Source of the DNA: Gemmatimonadales bacterium
GTDB lineage: Bacteria > Gemmatimonadota > Gemmatimonadetes > Gemmatimonadales > GWC2-71-9
NCBI GenBank assembly: GCA_036555275.1
Contig: DATBLR010000092.1
Coordinates: 242 to 64,241, forward strand
Direction: 5' to 3'
Length of the DNA: 64,000 nt
The position numbers were made by a program, and so were the translations under genes. Position 1 is the first letter of the stretch, and each line of letters starts with the position of its first letter. Of this stretch, positions 57,400 to 64,000 are shown in pieces. The notes beneath the pieces were generated by a model. That model was not told the origin of the DNA, did not search any database, and saw nothing but the letters and a program-made list of their open reading frames with translations.

Positions 57400-58215
57400 A
57401 TGACAAGCCAGTTGGACCTCACTGCAGCCCGGAAGCTGGTATGGAGCTTGCTCTTAGGGGTCACAATCGGGCTCCCTGCGCCCGCTCGAGCCCAAACCCA
57501 AAGCCCAGATGGACCGCGGGCCGTGGCCAGCCGGGAAGAGTTGGAAGCAGCGCTCACCGAGGCGGACCGGATCGCGGGGAGCGAGGGATACAGCGGAGCC
57601 TTCCGGGAATCGAAGCAACGCGAGGCGGCGCAGATCCGGGAACGGCTACAGGAAGGCGATTTCCAGGTCGGCGATCAGATTCAGGTCTCGGTTTTTGGTG
57701 AGGCGAGCACCTCGGGGTTGCAGACGGTCGGGCCGGGTCGACTGCTGTCCCTGGCGGGCTTGCCCGACATCCCGTTGCGAGGGGTGCTACGCTCCGAGAT
57801 CGAACCGTACCTGGGCGAACAGGTGGGGCGGTACATCCGTGATGCGCAGGTGAAGGCCCGCCCGATGATTCGCCTGTCGCTGATCGGAGGCGTGATCAAG
57901 CCGGGGTTCTACCAGATCGACGCCGACATGATGCTGAGCGACGCGATCATGATGGCGGGCGGGATCTCGACCACAGCAGAGTTCAAGCGGTCCGTGATAC
58001 ACCGGGGGGATGAGCGCCTGATCGCCGGTGAGAATTTCAACAAGGCCCTGGCCGATGGACGCTCCCTCGACCAGCTGAACCTGCGGGCCGGCGACGTCAT
58101 CGAGGTGGGCCAGAAGCCGACCCGATCGACATTCGAAACGGTACAGATCATCGCCATCATCCCGGGCCTGATCCTCGGGATCTACGGAATCGGGAAAATC
58201 GCCGGAGCATTCTGA
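57400..58215 (+). CDS. polysaccharide export (OPX/Wza-like) protein, Poly_export + SLBB
   Basis: FQVGDQIQVSV, GGVIKPGFY, DAIMMAGG, LRAGDVIEV; signal peptide and C-terminal hydrophobic helix. Confidence 0.85.
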   Translation: MTSQLDLTAARKLVWSLLLGVTIGLPAPARAQTQSPDGPRAVASREELEAALTEADRIAGSEGYSGAFRESKQREAAQIRERLQEGDFQVGDQIQVSVFGEASTSGLQTVGPGRLLSLAGLPDIPLRGVLRSEIEPYLGEQVGRYIRDAQVKARPMIRLSLIGGVIKPGFYQIDADMMLSDAIMMAGGISTTAEFKRSVIHRGDERLIAGENFNKALADGRSLDQLNLRAGDVIEVGQKPTRSTFETVQIIAIIPGLILGIYGIGKIAGAF

Positions 58216-58220
58216 CGCCA

Positions 58221-59000
58221 GTGAGAGATCACGTCCACGTGCAGCTTCAGGCAGGGAAGTCGAATTCGACCATGGCGGCCGCCTCGGTGCCGGTCGGGGA
58301 GTCCATCCTCCGGCCGTCCGCGGAAGCCGTCGTGGTCTCGGAGCCTCGCGCACGATCGGAAACCCTCTCGCGGGTCCTCAACGTGACGCTCGCCGCGATG
58401 GCGCTCGCCGCACTGAGCCCCCTCATGGCCGTCATTGCGGCCCTGGTGAAGATCAGCTCACCGGGACCGATCTTCTATACCCAGACCAGAGTCGGCCTTG
58501 ATCGCCGACGCCGGCGGCCGCCGTCCCCGGACCTGGCCTACCGCCGCCAGGAGGATCTGGGCGGCCGGGTGTTCACCATCTACAAGTTCCGCACGATGTA
58601 TGTCAACGCGGAGCATCTGACCGGCGCAGTATGGGCCGCTCCGGAGGATCCCCGGGTGACGGCCATCGGTCGCCATCTGCGAAAGTACCGGCTGGACGAG
58701 CTCCCCCAGCTGCTCAACGTGCTGCTCGGCGACATGAACATCGTGGGCCCCAGGCCGGAGCGCCCGAGCATCTTTGCCAATCTGCGGCAGACGATCCCCG
58801 CGTACGAGCACCGCCAGCAGGTGAAGCCCGGTATCACCGGCCTCGCCCAGGTAAACCAGCAATACGACACCTCCCTCGACGATGTGCGGCAGAAGCTGCG
58901 GTACGACCTCGAGTATCTCGGCCGGCAGAGCCTGTGGGAGGACATCCTGATCATGCTCAAGACCATCCCGGTGATCCTGTTCAAGCGGGGCGGCTGGTAG
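58221..59000 (+). CDS. priming sugar transferase (Bac_transf)
   Basis: FTIYKFRTM, DPRVT.IG, LDELPQL, VGPRPER, KPGITGLAQ; start GTG 58221 or ATG 58272. Confidence 0.93.
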   Translation: MRDHVHVQLQAGKSNSTMAAASVPVGESILRPSAEAVVVSEPRARSETLSRVLNVTLAAMALAALSPLMAVIAALVKISSPGPIFYTQTRVGLDRRRRRPPSPDLAYRRQEDLGGRVFTIYKFRTMYVNAEHLTGAVWAAPEDPRVTAIGRHLRKYRLDELPQLLNVLLGDMNIVGPRPERPSIFANLRQTIPAYEHRQQVKPGITGLAQVNQQYDTSLDDVRQKLRYDLEYLGRQSLWEDILIMLKTIPVILFKRGGW

Positions 59001-59004
59001 CAGG

Positions 59005-59080
59005 GCCGGGAGAGCGGAAAGCGGCGAGAACGCAAAGAAGGCGAGGACGAGTCCTCGCCTTCCGGCTTTTTCTCCCCGGC
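59005..59080. terminator. bidirectional terminator-like hairpin within a 9-nt-periodic inverted element
   Basis: gaaggcgaggac-ga-gtcctcgccttc with T-rich tails both ways; outer gccgggaga / tctccccggc. Confidence 0.7.
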
Positions 59081-59107
59081 GATTTCCGCGACCCGCCGTC
59101 TTCTCTG

Positions 59108-60277
59108 CTACGCCGGCCGACGGGTCGGCTCCCATGTCGCGTGGAGCTGGCCGGAGAACACCCGGGACCAGGCCAGAATACCGGCGAGATGGGCCGCGAG
59201 AGCGAATCCGCACAGCGCCACCAGCCGGGGGAGTTTCTTTCCCTCGGGCGCGCGCATCGCAATGACCCCCAGCAGGACGCCGAGCCCCACCAGCCCGACC
59301 AGCACCTTGGCGACATGCAGCCTGAAACTGAGCAGCACCAGCCCCGCCAGGGCGAGGGGGGCGGCGAGAAACACCAGCCAGCGAACCAGCTTGTGCGACC
59401 AGAGCATCCAGGCGAATGCCCCGTAACGGAGCGGGTTGAGCAGTCGGCGCTTATACCACAGGGTGCCCAGGCCCCGGGCCATCGTGCGGATCTTCCGCCG
59501 GAATTCGCGCTGCAATGACGTGGTGCGCGGAACCAGGCACACCGCCTGGTCCACCGATACCGCGCGAAAATCGTGTTCCCGCGCCGTAAGGGCCGAGGCA
59601 AAGTCGCGGGACAACCCCGGTGGGATCTCCACCTCGTGGAGCCGCCGGCGGATGGCGTAGAAGCACCCACTCGCCCCCACAATGGACCCGACCCGGGTTT
59701 CCAGCGAGCGTAGCCACATCTCATAGCCGACGTACCCGGATTCACCCTGGCTGGCCTCGACGGAGAGATCGCCCACGCTCACGTCCCGGCCCGAGGCCAC
59801 CCCGATCGTCGGGTCCTGAAAGACCCGGATGAGCGGCTTCAGGGAGCCGGGCGGAATCCGGATCGTGGCGTCGGTGTTGACGATGATGTCCCCCCGCAGT
59901 CTCGGTACCACCGCGTTTTCCATGGCGGTCTTTCCGATCCTCGTCGGCGCCCGGTACAGCTCGACCCCCCGCGCGGCGAAGCCTTGCACAATCTCATCGG
60001 TCCGATCGGTACTCGCATCGGAGAGCACCAGGATCTGGCGGCGATCAGGGGGATAGTCCAGCGCGAGCAAGGATTCCAGGGTCTCCCCGATCGTGCGTCC
60101 TTCGTTGTACGCCGGCACGACGATGCTGATCGAGGGCCACTCGGGCGGATCGCCGAAGGCGCGCCCCGACCTTCGGAATGCACCGGCCACTGCAAGCAGC
60201 ACGGGGTAGAGCAGGTAGGCGTATACGAACAGAATGCCCGGCAGCAGCACCAAAACGATTTCAAGGTCAGCGATCAT
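59108..60277 (-). CDS. glycosyltransferase family 2 (membrane-anchored)
   Basis: VPAYNE, SDASTD, NTDA, GASGCFYAIRR, REFRRKIR, SHK..RW. Confidence 0.9.
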   Translation of the reverse strand: MIADLEIVLVLLPGILFVYAYLLYPVLLAVAGAFRRSGRAFGDPPEWPSISIVVPAYNEGRTIGETLESLLALDYPPDRRQILVLSDASTDRTDEIVQGFAARGVELYRAPTRIGKTAMENAVVPRLRGDIIVNTDATIRIPPGSLKPLIRVFQDPTIGVASGRDVSVGDLSVEASQGESGYVGYEMWLRSLETRVGSIVGASGCFYAIRRRLHEVEIPPGLSRDFASALTAREHDFRAVSVDQAVCLVPRTTSLQREFRRKIRTMARGLGTLWYKRRLLNPLRYGAFAWMLWSHKLVRWLVFLAAPLALAGLVLLSFRLHVAKVLVGLVGLGVLLGVIAMRAPEGKKLPRLVALCGFALAAHLAGILAWSRVFSGQLHATWEPTRRPA

Positions 60278-60548
60278 CGGTCCAAATCCCCTGGCCCGCC
60301 GGCGAGGACGGTGAGGCGTATGGGCAAGCGGCCCGCCGGGCCGGCGCAGCGCTGCAACAGCAGTCCGACGAGGAACGCACTGATGCCTGCAAGACGTGTA
60401 CTGGGACCCCTTGCGCCCGCCCGTAGCGGTTCCCGCGCCATGAGGGCGAGGTCTCCCGAAGTCGCCCGACCTGCATGCACCGCAAACGCTTGCGTAAGTT
60501 ACTATGCTACAATGGCTTACAATGGTTACAGGACCCGGCCTCCACCGC

Positions 60549-61430
60549 TTACATATAGCCGTCGCGGCGCAGGGTCTCCAGCCCGCCGCCGTCGTCCTTG
60601 TCCTGGGCGCGTCCGGCACGCTCGGCGATATTGGCGAACTTTCCAGTCTGGAGTTCCACGATGATGTCCGGCACGTTGCGCGCGGTCGAGTCGACCGGCT
60701 TGGTGCAGGGACCGCAGCCAAGCGAGCGATAACGGCTGCCCGCTCCCTGATCGTAGTAGAGGGACACCGTCGGGATCCGCTCTCGCTCGATGTACTCCCA
60801 GATGTTGAGCTCGGTCCAGTCCAGCAGGGGATGGATCCGCACGTGGGTGCCGGGCGCGAATTCCATCTTGTACTGGTTCCAGAACTCCGGCGGCTGATCC
60901 CCCACATCCCAGACCGACTGCCTGTCGCGGGGGGAGAAGTAGCGCTCTTTCGAGCGGCTGCCCTCCTCGTCCGCCCGGGCACCCACAATCACGCCGGTGA
61001 ACGGCTCGGTGTTGGCATCCCGCTCATAGACCTTCCGGGCGTGGTTGAAGCGGTACCGCGGCCATTCCCCCGACAGGGTCTTTTTCAGCGCCTCTGTCTT
61101 GAGCAGGCCGCAGCAGGTGATCCGGTCGACGGCGCCATCGGGAAAGGTGCGCTTCTCCCGTAACGCCTCGGCGTTCTGCCCGTAGATCAGATCGAGGTTC
61201 CATTCGGCCACCAACCGATCACGGTAGCGGATCATCTCGGGGATCTTGAAGGACGTGTCGATGTGCACCAGCGGGAACGGGACGTGCCCGAAGAACGCCC
61301 GGCGCGTGAGCCACAGGAGTACGGTACTGTCCTTCCCGATCGACCACAGCATGCACAGGCTCTTGAAGTTGGCATATGCCTCCCTCAGGATGTACACACT
61401 TCGGTGTTCCAGCTGATCGAGATGGCTCAT
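60549..61430 (-). CDS. cysD: sulfate adenylyltransferase subunit 2
   Basis: [39 protein letters not shown]. Confidence 0.95.
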   Translation of the reverse strand: MSHLDQLEHRSVYILREAYANFKSLCMLWSIGKDSTVLLWLTRRAFFGHVPFPLVHIDTSFKIPEMIRYRDRLVAEWNLDLIYGQNAEALREKRTFPDGAVDRITCCGLLKTEALKKTLSGEWPRYRFNHARKVYERDANTEPFTGVIVGARADEEGSRSKERYFSPRDRQSVWDVGDQPPEFWNQYKMEFAPGTHVRIHPLLDWTELNIWEYIERERIPTVSLYYDQGAGSRYRSLGCGPCTKPVDSTARNVPDIIVELQTGKFANIAERAGRAQDKDDGGGLETLRRDGYM

Positions 61431-62782
61431 GGCGCTGCTGGTGGGGTCTCGGGCATTGTGGGTCGTGTCGCCGGGTCAACGGTCAGGCTGAGCCGATCAA
61501 GTACCTGCTGCGCCGCCGCCTCGACGCCGATGTCGGTTGTATCGATCACCAGGTCCGGACTCGACGGCGGTTCATAGGGATCGTCCAAGCCGGTGAAGTG
61601 GCGGATGTCCCCTGCGGCCGCCCTAGCATACAGCCCCTTGACGTCCCGGCGGGCGCATTCGGCGAACGGGGTCGAGATCCAGACCTCCACGAACCGCCGG
61701 CACAGCCCGCGCACGAACTGCCGGGACTCCTCGTAGGGCGAAACCAGCGCTGCCACGACCGTAACACCGTGGCGCTCAAGCAGGCTCGCGATCCACCCGA
61801 CACGGCGAATATGGGCGTCGCGCTCGGGGCGGGTGAACCCGGTGCCGGGAAAGAGCTCGCGGAGGGCATCGCCGTCGAGGTACTCGACCCGGCTTCCTTT
61901 CGCCTGCAGGGCCGCCACGACCCGCCTGGCGATGGTGCTCTTCCCCGAGCCGGAGAGCCCGGTGAACCACACCACCAGGCCGGCGCCACCCGCCGCCTCC
62001 GTCTCGGCGTCATCCAGGCCGATCACAAACCCGGGATTCTGGAGGTCCGGCAGATTGTAGGTCAGCGGCGACCTCCGCTCCCCGGTGTCCCCTGACCAGC
62101 GGAAGATACAGTCCCCTGCTGCCACGTCCCACTCCCTGGTGGGGCCGAAGCGGGCGTAGAGGTCGGCCTCACCTTCGGCCACGCGGCAGAACTTGAGGGA
62201 GCTCCCCAGCCGGATCCGCTGTGCCACCGGCAGTGATCCCAGATAGCGCTCAAGCTCCGGGGACGGATGGGAACGGCTTTCCACCACCCGCAGGGCCTGG
62301 CCGGGCAGCGGGGCCCGCGACCAGAGCCTCACCGGCTCACCCCCACCGACCCTCCTCCAGCTGCCGAGTCCCTGTCCGGCGTAGTACAGCTGCTCCAGCG
62401 CAGGGGCGTAGACCGCACCGAGCACCGGGACGCCGTCATCGATCATGGCGACGTTGACCGTGAACTCGCCGTTTCGCTGCAGAAACTCCTTGGTCCCATC
62501 CAGTGGATCCACCAGCCAGAAACGCCGCCAGGTCCGGCGGACGCTGTAGTCGGGGATTTCGCCTTCCTCGGACAGGACCGGCACCCCGGCGTCCCAGGCG
62601 CGAAGGGCCTCCAGGATGGCGGCGTGGGAGGCCAGGTCGGCCGTAGTTACCGGGGTGCGATCCTTCTTCAGCTCGACGCCCACCCCGGCGTGGTAGTGCG
62701 CCAAGGTGGCCCGGCCCGCCTGCACCACGATGGCCGCGAGCCGCACCAGGGCATCGGGCGATACCACAACCCGGTCGGTCAT
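61427..62782 (-). CDS. cysQ: CysQ (3'(2'),5'-bisphosphate nucleotidase) - CysC (APS kinase) fusion
   Basis: [25 protein letters not shown]; then [27 protein letters not shown]. Confidence 0.92.
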   Translation of the reverse strand: MTDRVVVSPDALVRLAAIVVQAGRATLAHYHAGVGVELKKDRTPVTTADLASHAAILEALRAWDAGVPVLSEEGEIPDYSVRRTWRRFWLVDPLDGTKEFLQRNGEFTVNVAMIDDGVPVLGAVYAPALEQLYYAGQGLGSWRRVGGGEPVRLWSRAPLPGQALRVVESRSHPSPELERYLGSLPVAQRIRLGSSLKFCRVAEGEADLYARFGPTREWDVAAGDCIFRWSGDTGERRSPLTYNLPDLQNPGFVIGLDDAETEAAGGAGLVVWFTGLSGSGKSTIARRVVAALQAKGSRVEYLDGDALRELFPGTGFTRPERDAHIRRVGWIASLLERHGVTVVAALVSPYEESRQFVRGLCRRFVEVWISTPFAECARRDVKGLYARAAAGDIRHFTGLDDPYEPPSSPDLVIDTTDIGVEAAAQQVLDRLSLTVDPATRPTMPETPPAAP

Positions 62783-63546
62783 CGCCCCCCGTCGGACCGG
62801 GTCAGATTCCCGCGTGGTGGAAGCAGGTTGTAGCGGAGGATGTGACCGATGGCCGCGACCCCATCCCGCCACCCGATCTTCTTGCCTTCGGCGTAGGTCC
62901 GGCCGGCATAGGAAATCGGCATTTCCCACACGCGAGCCCCTGCCTGGGCCAGCCGGGCGGTCAGCTCCGGCTCGAAACCGAATCGCTCGCTGGTCAGGAC
63001 GAGCGATTTCATCAGCGGGGACCGCACCATCTTGTAGCACGTTTCCATGTCCGTCAGATTCAGATCGGTGAACATGTTCGAGAGCAGCGTCAGGGCCTTG
63101 TTGCCAACGGAATGCCAGAAGTACAGCACGCGATGTTCGCCGCCGAGGAAGCGCGACCCATACACCGCATCGGCTTTCCCATCGGCGATGGGGCGGAGCA
63201 GCCGGGGGAGCTCGTTGGGGTCGTATTCCAGATCGGCGTCCTGCACCACGATGACATCGCCGGACGCCGCCTCGATGCCGGTGCGGAGGGCCGCCCCCTT
63301 GCCGCGATTCCTCGGATGGTGCCGGACGACGTCCAGGAGGCCCTGGCTCTGGAGCCGGTCGAGGATGGCCCCGCTCTGATCGCGGGAGGCGTCGTTGACG
63401 GCAATGATCTCCAGCCGGAGGGGAACGGCCCGGACCCGTCGTACCAGCTCCTCGACCGTGTGCTCCTCGTTGTAGACCGGAATCAGAACGCTCACCTTCA
63501 GCGATTCAGCCCGGGTGCCGCCTGCGGGCAGCTGGTGTGACCCCAC
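62779..63546 (-). CDS. glycosyltransferase family 2 (polyprenol-phosphate glycosyltransferase-like)
   Basis: [39 protein letters not shown]. Confidence 0.92.
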   Translation of the reverse strand: MGSHQLPAGGTRAESLKVSVLIPVYNEEHTVEELVRRVRAVPLRLEIIAVNDASRDQSGAILDRLQSQGLLDVVRHHPRNRGKGAALRTGIEAASGDVIVVQDADLEYDPNELPRLLRPIADGKADAVYGSRFLGGEHRVLYFWHSVGNKALTLLSNMFTDLNLTDMETCYKMVRSPLMKSLVLTSERFGFEPELTARLAQAGARVWEMPISYAGRTYAEGKKIGWRDGVAAIGHILRYNLLPPRGNLTRSDGGR

Positions 63547-63603
63547 CGGTCAACCTCCCGTCGGATGAAAAAGAGTCCATGCCTCCGCCTCCCGGGCACC
63601 CGT

Positions 63604-63999
63604 TCACCACGGCCGGAACAGTACCCCTTTGTCCTGCAGCAGCCGCTTGATGCGATCCACGCCCTCGGTCCCGGTCTCGTCGTCGCCGAGCACCAGGTCA
63701 CAGGCAAGATCGGTGGTGACCCGCTCCCCCACCCAGACCACCTCGATGCGGTCCGGGTCGACTGCGGTCCTGACCACCTCCAGGTCCTGCTGGGTGAGCT
63801 CCTGGGCCGTGACGATGAGCAGGGCACCGGCGTCTAGCAGGATGTTGGCGACCTCTCCCAGTCTGCGGAAGTGCTCGCCCCGGTTTTCGGCCTTGCGCTC
63901 GATGTCCGCGTCAACTCCGTAGACTACGTTCCCCATGCCCAGGAAGTACACCACCCGGCCGTCCTCGAAGAGCCGCGCCTCCAGCGCCTTGCCGAGTGC
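63604..63999 (-). CDS. cysN: C-terminus of CysN/CysNC with degenerate APS-kinase-like domain (5' part beyond window)
   Basis: GKALEARLF.DGR.VYFL, EHFRRLGEVANILLDAG; cys gene context. Confidence 0.65.
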   Translation of the reverse strand, partial: ALGKALEARLFEDGRVVYFLGMGNVVYGVDADIERKAENRGEHFRRLGEVANILLDAGALLIVTAQELTQQDLEVVRTAVDPDRIEVVWVGERVTTDLACDLVLGDDETGTEGVDRIKRLLQDKGVLFRPW

Positions 64000-64000
64000 C

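Noticed and set aside
60388..60403. Sigma54 promoter for the GT2 gene (cAGtacacgtcttGCa, minus strand)
   Set aside because: The invariant GG at -24 is AG.
63575..63610. Weak heptamer periodicity after cysN
   Set aside because: Too degenerate and no complementary arm.
1..64000. tRNA/rRNA, IS elements, prophage or classic defence systems
   Set aside because: No cloverleaf, rRNA-like tract, transposase, integrase, phage or recognisable defence gene was found by eye.

Overview
High-GC, gene-dense bacterial chromosome segment with about 57 CDS. No tRNA, rRNA, CRISPR array, transposase or integrase was seen. Protein style suggests Gemmatimonadota, but that is an inference. Main blocks: ABC exporters; a sarcosine-oxidase/2xPilZ/2x amidohydrolase operon; a translationally coupled SBP-GHMP kinase-heparinase II/III-aminotransferase operon; GH38, Rieske oxygenase and RidA genes; a MoxR-DUF58-DUF4350-DUF4129 cluster opposite an RDD-SpoIIM fusion; rho-yqgF-mltG; thiE/aroH; FDH-alpha-UbiD-tdh-kbl; an NYN/LOTUS protein; and a sigma54-controlled exopolysaccharide locus (wecB, HK/NtrC pair, wzc, OPX, priming transferase, GT2s) interleaved with cysN/cysQ-cysC/cysD. 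The most striking non-gene signal is a dispersed set of about 10 short elements, mostly inverted and built from 7-9 nt tandem units. They sit at gene junctions or inside genes, and several preserve the reading frame and are translated. Other oddities: leaderless-type operon starts, two divergent genes sharing one CATG, a probable CTG start for ubiD, a stand-alone 61-aa HisKA protein, a perfect CRP-type box and a structured ~300-nt leader upstream of the NYN nuclease.
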